Shown piece by piece: positions 13,293 through 25,594 of a stretch of 64,000 bases of DNA. The DNA comes from an uncultured delta proteobacterium. Its GTDB lineage: Bacteria; Desulfobacterota; Desulfuromonadia; Geobacterales; DSM-12255. The notes beneath the pieces were generated by a model, which saw only the letters and a program-made list of their open reading frames with translations, was not told the DNA's origin and made no database searches. The stretch spans positions 32,001 through 96,000 of the forward strand of contig CAWBBV010000009.1 in assembly GCA_963787125.1 (NCBI GenBank), written 5' to 3'. A program made the translations under genes and the position numbers. Position 1 is the stretch's first letter. The number at the start of each line of letters is the position of its first letter.

Positions 13293-15368
13293 GTGGCACG
13301 TCTGTTTTCGTTAGCTAAAACTAGAAATATCGGCATTATGGCTCATATCGATGCCGGTAAGACAACTACAACAGAAAGAATTCTTTTCTATACAGGTGTC
13401 TCCCATAAGATCGGTGAAGTTCATGATGGAACTGCAACTATGGATTGGATGGAGCAGGAGCAGGAGCGTGGTATTACAATCACTTCGGCTGCTACCACTT
13501 GTACCTGGAATGAAAACCGTATTAACATTATAGACACTCCTGGTCACGTTGACTTTACAATAGAAGTAGAGCGTTCTCTTCGTGTGCTTGATGGAGCAGT
13601 TGCTGTTTTTTGCTCGGTTGGTGGTGTTGAGCCGCAGTCGGAGACGGTCTGGAGGCAGGCTGATAAGTACTGTGTTCCAAGAATAGCTTTTATTAATAAG
13701 ATGGATCGAGTTGGTGCCGATTTCTTCCGTGGTGTTGGTATGATTCGTGATCGTCTAAAAGCTAACCCTGTACCTATTCAGCTTCCGGTTGGAGCTGAGG
13801 ACCAATACAGGGGTGTAATTGACCTTGTCGAGATGAAGGAAATCATTTGGCTTGATGAGTCTATGGGCGCGAAGTATGACGTATTTGAAATTGCACCAGA
13901 ACGTCTTGACGAAGCTATTGAATACCGTGAGAAAATGATCGAGGAGATATCAAGCCATGATGATGATCTTATGGAAAAATATCTCAGTGGAGTAGAGCTG
14001 ACTAACGAAGAAATTAAAGCAGCAATTCGTAAAGCAACTATAGACATCAAAATATGCCCCGTTATATGTGGATCGGCTTTCAAAAACAAAGGTGTTCAGA
14101 ACCTTCTTGACTCAGTAATTGACTATTTACCTTCGCCACTAGATGTGCCAGCTATCAAAGGTATTGATAGTAAAGGTGAAGAGGTTGAGCGCAAGGCTTC
14201 TGATGAAGAGCCGTTCTCTGCACTTGCTTTTAAGATAATGACTGATCCTTTTGTTGGGCAACTCTGTTTTTTCAGGGTTTATTCAGGTGTTCTTAACGCT
14301 GGTTCGTATGTATATAATTCAACAAAAGACAAGAAAGAGCGTATCGGTCGGATCCTTAAGATGCATGCAAACAAGCGTGAGGAGATTAAGGAGGTCTACG
14401 CTGGAGATATAGCAGCGGCTGTCGGCCTTAAATATACGACAACTGGTGATACACTTTGTATTGATGATAAACCAGTAATACTTGAATCAATTGAGTTTCC
14501 AGAGCCAGTCATTTCGATAGCAATTGAGCCAAAAACTAAAGCTGATCAGGAAAAACTTGGAATAAGCCTGTCTAAACTTGCCAGTGAAGATCCTTCCTTC
14601 AGGGTTAGAACTGATGAAGAGACAGGTCAGACTATCATATCGGGAATGGGTGAACTACACCTTGAGATTATTGTTGATCGACTTATGCGTGAATTTAAAG
14701 TTGAGGCAAATGTTGGTAAGCCTCAGGTGGCATACAGAGAAACGATCACCAAGAAAGTTAAGGTCGAAGGTAAATTTGTACGACAGTCTGGTGGTCGCGG
14801 ACAATATGGTCACGTTTGGCTTGAATTGGAACCACAAGAACCTGGAAAGGGTTATGAGTTTGTAGACGCTATTAAGGGTGGGGTTGTTCCTCGTGAATAT
14901 ATTCCTGCAGTAGATAAAGGTATACAGGAAGCAATGGATACAGGTGTATTGGCTGGTTTCCCGGTTGTCGATTTTAAGGTTTCCCTGATAGATGGGTCGT
15001 ATCATGAAGTTGACTCTTCGGAAATGGCATTTAAAATTGCCGGTTCAATGGGCTTTAAGGAAGGTTGTCACAAGGCGACGCCAGTTCTTTTGGAGCCGAT
15101 TATGTCAGTAGAAGTTGTTGTTCCTGAAGAGTATATGGGTGATGTAATCGGTGATCTTAATTCTCGACGTGGCAGGATTATGGGTATGGAAGGTCGTTCA
15201 GGTGCACAAGTTGTTGCCGCGATGGTTCCACTGGCACAAATGTTCGGCTATGCAACGGATGTTCGGTCTGCAACGCAGGGTCGCGCTACCTACTCTATGA
15301 CTTTCGATCACTATGAGCAGGTTCCTAAATCAGTCTCTGAAGAAATTATAGCTAAAATTAAAGGTTAA
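13293..15368 (+). CDS. fusA: Elongation factor G
   Basis: [21 protein letters not shown]. Confidence 0.99.
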   Translation: MARLFSLAKTRNIGIMAHIDAGKTTTTERILFYTGVSHKIGEVHDGTATMDWMEQEQERGITITSAATTCTWNENRINIIDTPGHVDFTIEVERSLRVLDGAVAVFCSVGGVEPQSETVWRQADKYCVPRIAFINKMDRVGADFFRGVGMIRDRLKANPVPIQLPVGAEDQYRGVIDLVEMKEIIWLDESMGAKYDVFEIAPERLDEAIEYREKMIEEISSHDDDLMEKYLSGVELTNEEIKAAIRKATIDIKICPVICGSAFKNKGVQNLLDSVIDYLPSPLDVPAIKGIDSKGEEVERKASDEEPFSALAFKIMTDPFVGQLCFFRVYSGVLNAGSYVYNSTKDKKERIGRILKMHANKREEIKEVYAGDIAAAVGLKYTTTGDTLCIDDKPVILESIEFPEPVISIAIEPKTKADQEKLGISLSKLASEDPSFRVRTDEETGQTIISGMGELHLEIIVDRLMREFKVEANVGKPQVAYRETITKKVKVEGKFVRQSGGRGQYGHVWLELEPQEPGKGYEFVDAIKGGVVPREYIPAVDKGIQEAMDTGVLAGFPVVDFKVSLIDGSYHEVDSSEMAFKIAGSMGFKEGCHKATPVLLEPIMSVEVVVPEEYMGDVIGDLNSRRGRIMGMEGRSGAQVVAAMVPLAQMFGYATDVRSATQGRATYSMTFDHYEQVPKSVSEEIIAKIKG

Positions 15369-15395
15369 TATTAACTTCGTCAGGAGGAATAAGTC

Positions 15396-16586
15396 ATGGC
15401 CAAGGCAAAATTTGAAAGAAACAAACCGCATTTAAACATAGGGACAATAGGTCACGTTGACCATGGTAAGACTACCCTTACTGCAGCGATCACAAAAGTA
15501 CTTGCAGGCAAAGGTCAGGCTGAATACAAATCCTTTGATCAGATTGACAATGCTCCGGAAGAGCGTGAGCGCGGTATCACAATAGCTACAGCCCACGTAG
15601 AGTACGAGACAGACAATCGCCACTACGCCCACGTAGACTGCCCAGGTCACGCTGACTACGTAAAGAACATGATTACCGGTGCAGCCCAGATGGACGGAGC
15701 AATCCTCGTTGTCTCCGCAGCTGACGGCCCAATGCCGCAGACACGTGAGCACATCCTGCTTGCCCGCCAGGTAGGTGTACCAAACATAGTCGTATTTCTC
15801 AACAAAGCCGACATGGTTGATGACGAAGAACTTATAGAGCTCGTAGAGCTGGAAATCAGAGAACTGCTCTGCAGCTATGACTTCCCAGGCGACGACATCC
15901 CGATCATCAAAGGCTCTGCACTTAAAGCCCTTGAAGGCGAAAAGACAGAACTTGGCGAAGAATCCATAACTCGCCTCATGGCAGCAGTCGACGCATACTT
16001 CCCGCAGCCAGAGCGCGCCATCGACAAACCATTTCTAATGCCGGTTGAAGACGTCTTCTCCATCTCCGGACGTGGCACAGTAGCCACAGGACGAGTAGAG
16101 CGCGGCATAGTCAAGGTAGGCGAAGAAATTGAAGTGGTCGGAATCAAGGCAACTGCCAAAACAACAGTAACCGGCGTAGAAATGTTCCGCAAGCTGCTTG
16201 ACGAAGGCCGTGCCGGCGACAACATCGGCGCCCTGCTTCGCGGTGTGAAGCGTGAAGACATCGAGCGAGGCCAAGTACTTGCCAAGCCGGGGAGTATCAA
16301 ACCGCATATGAAATTCAAAGCGGAAGCCTACATACTCACAAAAGAAGAGGGTGGTCGTCATACTCCATTCTTTAATGGCTACCGTCCACAGTTTTATTTT
16401 AGAACAACAGACGTAACAGGCATCGCAGAGCTTCCGGCAGGAACAGAAATGGTAATGCCTGGCGATAACGTGGCAATCGTAGTAAACCTCATCACCCCGA
16501 TAGCTATGGACGAGGGACTTCGCTTTGCAATTCGCGAAGGCGGACGTACAGTTGGAGCAGGTGTTGTAAGCGCTATTATCGAATAA
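15396..16586 (+). CDS. tuf: Elongation factor Tu (copy 2)
   Basis: [21 protein letters not shown]. Confidence 0.99.
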   Translation: MAKAKFERNKPHLNIGTIGHVDHGKTTLTAAITKVLAGKGQAEYKSFDQIDNAPEERERGITIATAHVEYETDNRHYAHVDCPGHADYVKNMITGAAQMDGAILVVSAADGPMPQTREHILLARQVGVPNIVVFLNKADMVDDEELIELVELEIRELLCSYDFPGDDIPIIKGSALKALEGEKTELGEESITRLMAAVDAYFPQPERAIDKPFLMPVEDVFSISGRGTVATGRVERGIVKVGEEIEVVGIKATAKTTVTGVEMFRKLLDEGRAGDNIGALLRGVKREDIERGQVLAKPGSIKPHMKFKAEAYILTKEEGGRHTPFFNGYRPQFYFRTTDVTGIAELPAGTEMVMPGDNVAIVVNLITPIAMDEGLRFAIREGGRTVGAGVVSAIIE

Positions 16587-16609
16587 ATGATTGAGTTAAG
16601 AGGGTGTCA

Positions 16610-16918
16610 ATGCAAGCACAGAAGATAAGAATCCGTCTGAAGGCCTATGATCACAGGCTTCTCGATCAGTCAGTTACTGAAATAGTTGACACTGCCAAGA
16701 GAACTGGTGCAAGAATCGCTGGCCCAGTGCCGCTACCGACAGTAATCAATAAATACTGCGTTCTTCGGGGACCACATGTTGACAAGAAGTCCCGTGAGCA
16801 GTTTGAAATTCGTACACATAAGAGGCTGATAGATATACTTGACCCTACTCAGCAAACTGTTGATTCTCTTATGAAACTTGACCTTTCTGCAGGCGTCGAT
16901 GTAGAAATCAAGCTCTAA
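16610..16918 (+). CDS. rpsJ: 30S ribosomal protein S10
   Basis: [26 protein letters not shown] at 16610 (alternative GTG at 16604). Confidence 0.98.
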   Translation: MQAQKIRIRLKAYDHRLLDQSVTEIVDTAKRTGARIAGPVPLPTVINKYCVLRGPHVDKKSREQFEIRTHKRLIDILDPTQQTVDSLMKLDLSAGVDVEIKL

Positions 16919-16950
16919 CAACAGACTAACTAGGATAGGATTTACTGACC

Positions 16951-17586
16951 ATGAAGAAGGGACTAATTGGTAAAAAAATAGGGATGACACAAATCTTTGC
17001 AGATGATGGTCGTCGTATACCGGTGACAGTTGTTGAGGCGGGTCCGTGTACTGTTCTTCAAAAGAAGACTATTGACAAGGATGGTTATACTGCACTTCAA
17101 CTCGGTTATTCTCAGCAGGATTCAGCTAGATCTTCAAAGCCTGAAATTGGACATTCTAAAGCAGCAGGCAAAGGTGTCTATCGTTTTCTAAAAGAGTTCA
17201 GGCTTCAGGATACTGATTCTTATTCAGTCGGTGACGTTATAACTTCTGATCTGTTTTCACCTGGAGATATAATCGACGTTACCGGAATAAGTATCGGTAA
17301 AGGTTTTCAGGGTGTCATTAAACGATGGGGTTTTAAGGGTGGCCGAGCTAGCCATGGTTCAAACTTTCATAGAGCTCCTGGTTCAATTGGTTGTTCGGCA
17401 ACACCATCAAGAGTTTTTAAAAACAAAAAAATGCCAGGCCAGCTTGGTAATGAAACAGTTACAATACAGAAACTGACAGTCGTAAGGGTAGATTCTGCAG
17501 ACAACTTGATTCTTGTTAAAGGTGCGATACCTGGCGCGAGGAACGGAATAGTTATCCTTAAGGATAGCGTTAAGGTTAACGGATAG
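16951..17586 (+). CDS. rplC: 50S ribosomal protein L3
   Basis: [21 protein letters not shown]. Confidence 0.99.
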   Translation: MKKGLIGKKIGMTQIFADDGRRIPVTVVEAGPCTVLQKKTIDKDGYTALQLGYSQQDSARSSKPEIGHSKAAGKGVYRFLKEFRLQDTDSYSVGDVITSDLFSPGDIIDVTGISIGKGFQGVIKRWGFKGGRASHGSNFHRAPGSIGCSATPSRVFKNKKMPGQLGNETVTIQKLTVVRVDSADNLILVKGAIPGARNGIVILKDSVKVNG

Positions 17587-17606
17587 TTACTCTCTTACTG
17601 GAGAAG

Positions 17607-18233
17607 ATGATGGCAACAATAGACGTATACAATCTTAGTAAAGCCAAAGTTGATGAAATGAACCTCAGCGATGAGGTTTTTAATACTGATGTTCGTGAGT
17701 ATCTAATTCATGAAGCAGTGAAGATTCAACTGGCTAACAGAAGAGCTGGCACAGTGTCTGTTAAGACAAGATCAGAAGTTTCAGGCGGCGGTAAAAAGCC
17801 ATTCAAGCAGAAAGGTACAGGCGGCGCTCGTCAAGGGTGTATCAGGGCACCACATTACCCAGGCGGTGGTGTTGCTTTTGGCCCACAGGCTAAAGTATAC
17901 AATCTATCGATGAATAAGAAGGCAAGAAAAGCTGCAATCAAGTCTGCGCTTTCTTACTGCTTCAAAGGGAATAAACTGACGGTTGTTAATAACTTTGAAC
18001 TTGAATCAATCTCTACAAAGTCATTTGTATCCGTGCTTAATAATTTTGATATAAACAAGACGCTCCTTGTTATAGCATCAGAAAATCCTAAGTTAGTTCT
18101 TTCCGCTCGGAATATTAAGAATGTAAAAGTTCTTTACGCAGACTCCATTAATATCTTTGACATGATGAAATACCAAAATGTCATGATAACACAGGATGCT
18201 GTCAAGAAAGTTGAAGGAGCGCTTACCATATGA
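17607..18233 (+). CDS. rplD: 50S ribosomal protein L4
   Basis: [14 protein letters not shown]; operon position. Confidence 0.98.
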   Translation: MMATIDVYNLSKAKVDEMNLSDEVFNTDVREYLIHEAVKIQLANRRAGTVSVKTRSEVSGGGKKPFKQKGTGGARQGCIRAPHYPGGGVAFGPQAKVYNLSMNKKARKAAIKSALSYCFKGNKLTVVNNFELESISTKSFVSVLNNFDINKTLLVIASENPKLVLSARNIKNVKVLYADSINIFDMMKYQNVMITQDAVKKVEGALTI

Positions 18234-18514
18234 ACATCTATGACGTAATTAAAAAGCCTCTCATTACTGAGAAAACTACGCTGGAAAAAGATTCAAAGAA
18301 TGTAGTCGCTGTTGTTGTTAACAGTTATGCAAATAAAATCCAGATTAAGCACGCAGCAGAGAAACTTTTTAAAGTTGATGTAAAGGCCGTGAGAACCATA
18401 AACATGGCTGGTAAGGTAAAGAGAACCGGTAAGAATATCGGTAAACGTTCCAACTGGAAGAAAGCTTATATCTCTTTAAACGTCGGCAGTAACATTGATT
18501 TCTTTGAACTGTAA
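18230..18514 (+). CDS. rplW: 50S ribosomal protein L23
   Basis: PLITEKT, WKKAY. Confidence 0.98.
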   Translation: MNIYDVIKKPLITEKTTLEKDSKNVVAVVVNSYANKIQIKHAAEKLFKVDVKAVRTINMAGKVKRTGKNIGKRSNWKKAYISLNVGSNIDFFEL

Positions 18515-18537
18515 ACAACTTTCCGGAGTAATTAGTC

Positions 18538-19362
18538 ATGGCAATTAAAACATATAAACCAACATCAGCTGGTAGAAGGCACCAAACTTGTTCTACATTT
18601 GATGAGATAACTACCGCAACGCCCGAAAGATCTCTCCTTATGGCGCTCAAAAAAACGGGTGGTAGAAATAGTTTTGGCCGTATAACCTCACGTCATATTG
18701 GTGGCGGTCACAAACAGAAGTACCGTATTATCGATTTTCGTAGAGATAAAATTGATATTCCTGGGAAAGTTGCAACGATTGAGTATGATCCTTGCCGTTC
18801 GGCTCGAATTGCTCTTATTTTTTACGCAGACGGTGAGAAAAGATACATTCTAGCTCCATCAGAGCTTCATGTCGGCACCACTATAATGTCTGGAGCATCT
18901 GCAGATATTAAACCAGGGAACACTTTGCCGCTTAGATTGATTCCTCTTGGCACAATCATTCATAATGTTGAAATGAAGATTGGAAAAGGGGCGCAACTTG
19001 TAAGAAGTGCAGGTACTTTCGCCCAACTTATGGCAAAAGATGGTAAATATGTGCAAGTAAAGCTTCCTTCAGGCGAAGTCCGGATGATTTTACAGGACTG
19101 TATGGCCACTATTGGTCAAGTTGGAAATCTTGATCACGAAAAAGTCTCTATAGGTAAGGCTGGTCGTTCGAGATGGCTTGGTAGAAGACCAAAAGTTAGG
19201 GGTGTGGCAATGAATCCTGTCGATCACCCTCATGGTGGTGGTGAAGGTCGGACATCAGGTGGACGTCATCCAGTAACGCCATGGGGAATTCCGACAAAAG
19301 GATATAAAACTAGAAAAAACAAGACATCATCACGGTTCATAGTAAAACCGCGGTCAAAATAA
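18538..19362 (+). CDS. rplB: 50S ribosomal protein L2
   Basis: [18 protein letters not shown]. Confidence 0.99.
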   Translation: MAIKTYKPTSAGRRHQTCSTFDEITTATPERSLLMALKKTGGRNSFGRITSRHIGGGHKQKYRIIDFRRDKIDIPGKVATIEYDPCRSARIALIFYADGEKRYILAPSELHVGTTIMSGASADIKPGNTLPLRLIPLGTIIHNVEMKIGKGAQLVRSAGTFAQLMAKDGKYVQVKLPSGEVRMILQDCMATIGQVGNLDHEKVSIGKAGRSRWLGRRPKVRGVAMNPVDHPHGGGEGRTSGGRHPVTPWGIPTKGYKTRKNKTSSRFIVKPRSK

Positions 19363-19382
19363 TAAGATAAGAGGTTTATTTA

Positions 19383-19664
19383 ATGGCAAGATCAGTCAAA
19401 AAGGGTCCTTTTGTTGATGGCCATCTTACAAAAAAGGTTACTGAGCAGTCCGCTGGATCTAAGAGTCTAATAAAGACATGGTCTCGCAGGTCAACAATTA
19501 CACCTGACTTTATTGGTCTCTCCTTTGCTGTTCATAACGGTAAAAAGTTCATACCTGTTTTTGTCACTGAAAACATGGTAGGTCATAAGCTTGGAGAGTT
19601 TTCTCCAACAAGAACTTTTCATGGTCATGCTGCAGACAAAAAGAGCAAGCTCAAGAAGAAGTAA
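19383..19664 (+). CDS. rpsS: 30S ribosomal protein S19
   Basis: [22 protein letters not shown]. Confidence 0.99.
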   Translation: MARSVKKGPFVDGHLTKKVTEQSAGSKSLIKTWSRRSTITPDFIGLSFAVHNGKKFIPVFVTENMVGHKLGEFSPTRTFHGHAADKKSKLKKK

Positions 19665-19683
19665 GAACAAAGGAGCAGAATAA

Positions 19684-20019
19684 ATGGAAGCTCAAGCTAG
19701 TCTTAAGTCAGTGCGCCTTTCACCGCGCAAGACTCGTCTTATAGTAGATATGGTGCGTGGTCTGAATATTCAGAACGCGCTAAATATTCTCACTTTCTCA
19801 CCAAGACCGTCTGCACGAATCGTAGCGACATTGCTAAAATCCGCAGTTGCAAATGCTGAGCAAAAAGGCCTATCAGATGTAGATCGCCTTTATGTTAAGA
19901 CCATATTTGTTGACGGCGGTGCTGTGCTAAAACGTTTTTTGCCAAGAGCTCAAGGTAGAGCAAGTAAAATAAGAAAACCGACAAGTCATATTACGGTTGT
20001 TCTTGCTGATAAAAGATAA
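19684..20019 (+). CDS. rplV: 50S ribosomal protein L22
   Basis: SAVANAE, PRAQGRA, TSHITV. Confidence 0.99.
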   Translation: MEAQASLKSVRLSPRKTRLIVDMVRGLNIQNALNILTFSPRPSARIVATLLKSAVANAEQKGLSDVDRLYVKTIFVDGGAVLKRFLPRAQGRASKIRKPTSHITVVLADKR

Positions 20020-20046
20020 CTATTAAACACTAGCTGGAGGTGCAGT

Positions 20047-20679
20047 TTGGGTCAGAAAGTAAATCCGATCAGTTTCAGGCTCGGAGTAATCAAAACCTGG
20101 GATTCAAAGTGGTATGCAAAGTCAGGTTATGCGGCACTTTTGCATGAGGACCTAAAGCTGCGCGAATTCCTTAAAAAACGCCTTCATCACTCGGGTGTTT
20201 CAAAAATCGAAATCGAACGTGCCGCTAATAAGGCAAAGATAAATATTTTCACTGCGCGGCCAGGTCTTATTATTGGCAAAAAAGGGTCTGAAGTGGAGAC
20301 TCTAAAAAAGGATTTGGCTAAACTTACGGATAAAGAGATTTTTCTCAATATTCAGGAAGTACGAAAGCCAGAGCTTGATGCTCAACTTGTTGCCGAAAGT
20401 GTTGCTCTTCAGCTTGAAAGACGGATTGCATTCAGACGAGCCATGAAGAAGAGCGTTACCTCCGCACTTAAGTTTGGAGCAAAAGGAATTAGAATTACTT
20501 GCTCCGGTCGTCTTGGGGGTGCAGAGATGTCAAGAACAGAGTGGTATCGAGAGGGCAGAGTTCCACTGCATACTCTTAGAGCTGATATAGATTATGGTTT
20601 TGCTGAGGCTAAAACCACTTATGGAATAATCGGTGTAAAAGTTCTTATTTTCAAAGGTGAAGTCCTCCCAGGGCAATAG
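20047..20679 (+). CDS. rpsC: 30S ribosomal protein S3
   Basis: [21 protein letters not shown]. Confidence 0.99.
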   Translation: MGQKVNPISFRLGVIKTWDSKWYAKSGYAALLHEDLKLREFLKKRLHHSGVSKIEIERAANKAKINIFTARPGLIIGKKGSEVETLKKDLAKLTDKEIFLNIQEVRKPELDAQLVAESVALQLERRIAFRRAMKKSVTSALKFGAKGIRITCSGRLGGAEMSRTEWYREGRVPLHTLRADIDYGFAEAKTTYGIIGVKVLIFKGEVLPGQ

Positions 20680-20697
20680 AATCAGGAGTTTTTATAT

Positions 20698-21120
20698 ATG
20701 TTGATGCCTAAAAGAGTTAAACACAGAAAGCAAATGAAAGGCCGCATGTCAGGTACTCCAGAACGTGGTGTTACCCTCTCTTTCGGACAGTTTGGTCTCC
20801 AGGCTACCGAATGTATCTGGCTTGATTCTCGTCAAATTGAAGCAGCTCGTATTGCTATGACGAGGTACATCAAGAGAGGCGGTAAAATATGGATCAGAGT
20901 TTTCCCTGATAAACCATTGACTGCTAAACCAGCTGAAACCAGAATGGGTAAGGGTAAAGGATCTCCTGACTCATGGGTTTGTGTAATCAAGCCGGGGCGA
21001 ATACTTTACGAAATGGAAGGTGTTACTGAAGAGACTGCAAGAGAGGCATTCAGGCTTGCTGCCCATAAACTTCCAATGGGAACCAAATTTGTTATGAGGA
21101 CGGAAACTAATGAAGGCTAA
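20698..21120 (+). CDS. rplP: 50S ribosomal protein L16
   Basis: [15 protein letters not shown]. Confidence 0.99.
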   Translation: MLMPKRVKHRKQMKGRMSGTPERGVTLSFGQFGLQATECIWLDSRQIEAARIAMTRYIKRGGKIWIRVFPDKPLTAKPAETRMGKGKGSPDSWVCVIKPGRILYEMEGVTEETAREAFRLAAHKLPMGTKFVMRTETNEG

Positions 21121-21298
21121 TGAACTTCGCAATCTTAATAATGAAGAGTTGAAGGCAAAAGGAGCTGAGCTTGAACAAGAGCTCTTTAATGTAAGGTTTC
21201 AACTCCATACTGGAAGGCTTGAGAACAGTTCGAGAATAGACTCAATCCGCAGGGATATAGCAAAGGTTAGGACGATTATTACAGAGAAGCAGGTTTAG
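21110..21298 (+). CDS. rpmC: 50S ribosomal protein L29
   Basis: [16 protein letters not shown]; operon position. Confidence 0.97.
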   Translation: MKANELRNLNNEELKAKGAELEQELFNVRFQLHTGRLENSSRIDSIRRDIAKVRTIITEKQV

Positions 21299-21309
21299 AG
21301 GGGTTACTG

Positions 21310-21555
21310 ATGCGTGAGCGTGGCCATAGAAAGATACAGATAGGTGTTGTTGTCAGCGACAAAATGGATAAAACTGTTGTTGTTAAGGTTGACCGCATTA
21401 TCAAGCATCCTGTCTATAACAAATACATCAAACGATCTGCCAAGTATAAAGCACATGATGAGCAGAACATTTGTAAGACTGGTGATCGTGTTCAGATCTC
21501 AGCATCTCGTCCGCTCAGCAAGGATAAGTGCTGGAAAGTCAGTCAGATTATATAA
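21310..21555 (+). CDS. rpsQ: 30S ribosomal protein S17
   Basis: [18 protein letters not shown]. Confidence 0.97.
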   Translation: MRERGHRKIQIGVVVSDKMDKTVVVKVDRIIKHPVYNKYIKRSAKYKAHDEQNICKTGDRVQISASRPLSKDKCWKVSQII

Positions 21556-21580
21556 CTAGTAAATTAGGTAGGAGTTTCCG

Positions 21581-21949
21581 ATGATTCAGATGCAAACTCT
21601 GCTAGATGTAGCAGATAATTCAGGCGCTAAACGACTTTTCTGTATAAAGGTGCTTGGTGGTTCAAAACGCAAGTATGCAAGTATCGGCGATATCATAGTT
21701 GCTTCTGTAAAAGAAGCTATACCTAACTCAAAGGTAAAGAAAGGTGATGTCGTTAAAGCTGTCATAGTCAGAACTGCAAAGGAAATCGGTCGTGCTGACG
21801 GTTCTTATATTAGATTTGATGGAAACTCCGCAGTAGTAATTAATAATCAACAGGAACCTGTTGGAACGAGAATTTTTGGACCCGTTGCCCGTGAATTACG
21901 GGCTAAAAAGTTCATGAAAATAATCTCTTTAGCTCCAGAAGTACTTTAA
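21581..21949 (+). CDS. rplN: 50S ribosomal protein L14
   Basis: [20 protein letters not shown]. Confidence 0.99.
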   Translation: MIQMQTLLDVADNSGAKRLFCIKVLGGSKRKYASIGDIIVASVKEAIPNSKVKKGDVVKAVIVRTAKEIGRADGSYIRFDGNSAVVINNQQEPVGTRIFGPVARELRAKKFMKIISLAPEVL

Positions 21950-21965
21950 CCTCCAAGGAATTATT

Positions 21966-22292
21966 ATGCAAACGACTAAGTTCCATGTGAAAAGTGGTGA
22001 TACAGTGTCAGTTATAACCGGTAAAGATAGAAATAAAACCGGGAAAATACTGAAGATAGATACAGGTAAGGGCTCAGCTATAGTTGAAGGTCTGAACCTT
22101 GTTAAAAGGCATACTAGGGCACGTGGAAATCAGCCTGGGAGTCTAGTCGAAAAAGAGGCGCTGATTCAAGTATCTAATATTATGCTTTATTGTGACAAGT
22201 GCAAGAGGCCTGTTAAGGCTAAATCCTCGCTTCTGGAAGATGGACAGAAAGTCCGTGTTTGTAAAAAATGTGGCGAGTCGTTTGATAATTAA
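21966..22292 (+). CDS. rplX: 50S ribosomal protein L24
   Basis: KOW motif GDTVSVITGKDR. Confidence 0.98.
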   Translation: MQTTKFHVKSGDTVSVITGKDRNKTGKILKIDTGKGSAIVEGLNLVKRHTRARGNQPGSLVEKEALIQVSNIMLYCDKCKRPVKAKSSLLEDGQKVRVCKKCGESFDN

Positions 22293-22306
22293 TCGGGAGG
22301 AAGTAG

Positions 22307-22846
22307 ATGGCCAGGCTTAAGGACATTTATATACAAGAGATTGTCCCAAAACTCATGAAAGACTTCAATTACAAAAGTGTAATGGAGGTTCCAAGAGTCG
22401 AGAAAGTAGTTCTCAATATGGGACTTGGTGAAGCAATTCAGAATGTAAAAATTCTTGATTCTGCTACGGAAGAGCTTGGACTAATATCTGGGCAGAAAGC
22501 AGTTATTACGAAAGCTAAGAAATCGATTGCAACATTTAAGCTACGTCAGGGTATGCCGATAGGTACAATGGTTACTCTTCGTAAGAAAAAAATGTTCGAG
22601 TTTCTTGATAGACTTATAAATATATCGATCCCTAGGATTCGTGACTTTAAAGGTGTCTCTCCAAAAGCTTTTGATGGTAACGGTAATTATTCTATGGGGG
22701 TAAAAGAGCAACTTATATTCCCAGAAATCAATTACGACAAAATTGACAAGATTAAAGGTCTGAATATCACAATCGTAACTACGGCAAAAAGCGATGAAGA
22801 GTGTCGTGCACTGCTTAAGTATATGGGAATGCCATTTAGGAATTAA
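22307..22846 (+). CDS. rplE: 50S ribosomal protein L5
   Basis: [25 protein letters not shown]. Confidence 0.99.
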   Translation: MARLKDIYIQEIVPKLMKDFNYKSVMEVPRVEKVVLNMGLGEAIQNVKILDSATEELGLISGQKAVITKAKKSIATFKLRQGMPIGTMVTLRKKKMFEFLDRLINISIPRIRDFKGVSPKAFDGNGNYSMGVKEQLIFPEINYDKIDKIKGLNITIVTTAKSDEECRALLKYMGMPFRN

Positions 22847-22866
22847 CGGCTTTTGGAGGGTTTTTC

Positions 22867-23052
22867 GTGGCTAAAACATCAATGATTATAAAAGCTCAAC
22901 GCGGTAACAAGTTTAAGGTTCGTGAATATAACCGTTGTCCGCTCTGTGGTAGACCACGTGCTTACTACCGTAAATTTGATATGTGCCGAATCTGCCTGCG
23001 TAAACTTGCATCTTCTGGTCAGCTTCCAGGTGTAATCAAGTCCAGTTGGTAA
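22867..23052 (+). CDS. rpsZ: 30S ribosomal protein S14 type Z
   Basis: 61 aa with CPLC...CRIC Zn ligands. Confidence 0.97.
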   Translation: MAKTSMIIKAQRGNKFKVREYNRCPLCGRPRAYYRKFDMCRICLRKLASSGQLPGVIKSSW

Positions 23053-23082
23053 TATAGATTAAGGTTCAAGGAGTATGAACAG

Positions 23083-23481
23083 ATGAGTATGACCGATCCG
23101 ATAGCAGATCTGCTTACTAGGATAAGAAACGGTGCAATGGCGAAACTTCAGAAAGTTGACATTCCGTCTTCAAATATGAAGGTTGGAATTGTCAATGTTT
23201 TGAAAAATGAAGGATATATAAAGAACTATAAGCTGATTTCAGACCAGAAACAGGGTGTTCTTCGTATTTATCTTAAATACATCAATGACAGTGAATCTGT
23301 AATTTCTGAAATTAAACGGATAAGCAAACCTGGCGGTAGGCGATATGTCAAAAACGACAAGATCCCTTCAGTTAAACAAGGGCTCGGTATTGCCATTCTT
23401 TCTACATCTAAAGGTCTATTGACTGATAAAGTAGCTAGGGAGACCGGCGTAGGTGGCGAGCTCATCTGTACTGTCTGGTAA
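23083..23481 (+). CDS. rpsH: 30S ribosomal protein S8
   Basis: [19 protein letters not shown]. Confidence 0.99.
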   Translation: MSMTDPIADLLTRIRNGAMAKLQKVDIPSSNMKVGIVNVLKNEGYIKNYKLISDQKQGVLRIYLKYINDSESVISEIKRISKPGGRRYVKNDKIPSVKQGLGIAILSTSKGLLTDKVARETGVGGELICTVW

Positions 23482-23500
23482 TTTCTGCAAGGAGAATAAG

Positions 23501-24040
23501 ATGTCCAGAATTGGAAAACAGCCGATAGAAATTCCAGCTGATGTAAAGGTCTCTATTGAAAACCTTAGCGTCTCTGTTGTAGGTCCGAAGGGCACACTTT
23601 CAAGAACGCTGCTTGATACAGTTTCAGTTGAGCTTGAAGGTAAATTTCTGACCGTTAATAGGGTTAATGATAGCATTAGTGCTCGTGCAGCACATGGTCT
23701 TTCTAGGACTCTTGTTAACAATATGGTAATTGGAGTTACAAAAGGTTTTGAAAGAGCTCTTGAAATCAATGGTGTTGGTTATAGAGCTGAAGTTAAGGGT
23801 GATTTCCTTAATCTAAGTCTAGGTTACTCCCATCCGATCAACTTCCAGCTGCCAAACGGAATTACTGTTGATGTTGACAAGATGACAAAGCTTTTAGTTA
23901 AAGGAATAGATAAAGAGCTGGTTGGTCAAACTGCCGCCAAAATTCGAGCATTCCGCTCACCTGAGCCCTATAAAGGTAAAGGTGTCAAATATGCAGATGA
24001 GACAATTCTGCGTAAAGCTGGCAAGACAGGTAAAAAATAG
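23501..24040 (+). CDS. rplF: 50S ribosomal protein L6
   Basis: MSRIGKQP start after [14 protein letters not shown]. Confidence 0.99.
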   Translation: MSRIGKQPIEIPADVKVSIENLSVSVVGPKGTLSRTLLDTVSVELEGKFLTVNRVNDSISARAAHGLSRTLVNNMVIGVTKGFERALEINGVGYRAEVKGDFLNLSLGYSHPINFQLPNGITVDVDKMTKLLVKGIDKELVGQTAAKIRAFRSPEPYKGKGVKYADETILRKAGKTGKK

Positions 24041-24061
24041 TTGTAATCAAGGAGAACATCG

Positions 24062-24430
24062 GTGAGCAATAAAACATCTAAAAATGATGCCCGCCTCAAA
24101 CGCCAGATTCGCGTTCGTAAAAAGGTTCAGGGTACTTCAGATCGCCCGCGTCTTAATGTATTCAGAAGCTCTAGGCATATACATGCTCAGATAATTGATG
24201 ATAGCAACGGAGTAACCTTGGCAGCAGCTTCAACAACATCTCCAGATGTCAAGGGAGATGTTGTTTACTCTGGTAATATTGATGCAGCTAAGAAAGTCGG
24301 TGCTGCGATTGCAAAAAAAGCGATAGAAAAAAATATTACCTCGGTTGTTTTTGATAGAAACGGATTTCTATATCATGGCAGAATTAAAGCGCTTGCTGAT
24401 GCAGCTCGCGAAAATGGACTGTCTTTCTAA
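24062..24430 (+). CDS. rplR: 50S ribosomal protein L18
   Basis: [21 protein letters not shown]. Confidence 0.99.
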   Translation: MSNKTSKNDARLKRQIRVRKKVQGTSDRPRLNVFRSSRHIHAQIIDDSNGVTLAAASTTSPDVKGDVVYSGNIDAAKKVGAAIAKKAIEKNITSVVFDRNGFLYHGRIKALADAARENGLSF

Positions 24431-24450
24431 AGATATTCAGGAGGTTTTCC

Positions 24451-24939
24451 TTGTTGAAACTAAATGCAAATGAACTGAATCTAACTGACCGCGTTGTACA
24501 TATCAACAGAGTCGCAAAAGTTGTCAAAGGTGGCAGACGCTTCAGTTTTTCTGCTCTTATTGTGGTTGGTGACGGCAATGGCGTTGTTGGTTACGGCTTG
24601 GGAAAAGCCAACGAGGTCCCAGAAGCAATACGTAAGGGTGTAGAGCAGGCTAAGAAAAACATTATCCGTGTCCCTATAGTAGAAGGTCATACAATCCCTT
24701 ATGATGTTAAGGGGCACTTTGGGGCAGGCCGAGTTCTTATGATGCCAGCATCTGCTGGTACAGGGGTAATAGCCGGTGGTGCTGCTCGAGCTGTTTTCGA
24801 ATCAGCTGGTATACAGAATATTCTTGCGAAATGTTTAGGTTCTAATAATCCTCACAATGTTGTAAAAGCCGCTTTTGACGGACTTAAGCAGTTGAGAAGT
24901 CCAGAAGAGATGATTGCCAGAAGAGGCTTGACAGAATAA
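24451..24939 (+). CDS. rpsE: 30S ribosomal protein S5
   Basis: [14 protein letters not shown]. Confidence 0.99.
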   Translation: MLKLNANELNLTDRVVHINRVAKVVKGGRRFSFSALIVVGDGNGVVGYGLGKANEVPEAIRKGVEQAKKNIIRVPIVEGHTIPYDVKGHFGAGRVLMMPASAGTGVIAGGAARAVFESAGIQNILAKCLGSNNPHNVVKAAFDGLKQLRSPEEMIARRGLTE

Positions 24940-24958
24940 TCAAGTATAGGAGTTTTAG

Positions 24959-25135
24959 ATGGCGCAACTTACTGTGACACTCATTAAAAGCGGTATTGGA
25001 AAACCTGAGAAGCATCGTCAAATCCTTCTAGGCCTCGGACTGACAAAGTTGAATAAGTCCGTAGTTCTTGGTAATACACCTGAGATCCAAGGGATGATAA
25101 AGAAGATATCTCACATGGTAAAGGTTTCTGAATAA
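24959..25135 (+). CDS. rpmD: 50S ribosomal protein L30
   Basis: Not in ORF track; manual translation MAQLTVTLIKSGIGKPEKHRQILLGLGLTKLNKSVVLGNTPEIQGMIKKISHMVKVSE. Confidence 0.96.
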   Translation: MAQLTVTLIKSGIGKPEKHRQILLGLGLTKLNKSVVLGNTPEIQGMIKKISHMVKVSE

Positions 25136-25151
25136 TAACTCGGAGAATATC

Positions 25152-25592
25152 ATGCAACTCAATACAATAAAGCCAGCTATCGGGGCAACCAGAGATAGAA
25201 AGAGAATTGGTAGAGGTCCTGGCTCAGGGCATGGAAAGACTGCCACGAAAGGCCATAAAGGTCAAAAGGCAAGGTCCGGTGGTAGTATTAAACCAGGTTT
25301 TGAGGGCGGCCAGATGCCAATGCAAAGACGCTTGCCAAAACGCGGGTTCACTCCACTTGCCAGAAAAGAGTTCGTTGTAATTAATATTTCTCAGCTTGAA
25401 CTTTTCGATGTTGGTTCGATTGTTGACCCTTCAGCACTTATTGGAATTGGACTTGTTAATAACATGCGTGACGGAATAAAAATTCTCGCAAAGGGAGCAC
25501 TAACAAAAGCCCTCACTGTGAAAGCCCATAAGTTCAGCTCTGCTGCAAGGGATCAAATTATTGCCGCAGGTGGCTCTGTAGAGGAGATTTGA
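25152..25592 (+). CDS. rplO: 50S ribosomal protein L15
   Basis: GRGPGSGHGKT, GFEGGQMP. Confidence 0.99.
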   Translation: MQLNTIKPAIGATRDRKRIGRGPGSGHGKTATKGHKGQKARSGGSIKPGFEGGQMPMQRRLPKRGFTPLARKEFVVINISQLELFDVGSIVDPSALIGIGLVNNMRDGIKILAKGALTKALTVKAHKFSSAARDQIIAAGGSVEEI

Positions 25593-25594
25593 TT

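Noticed and set aside
21540..21570. S17 possibly a few residues short
   Set aside because: The C-terminus is variable; cannot distinguish natural variation from an error
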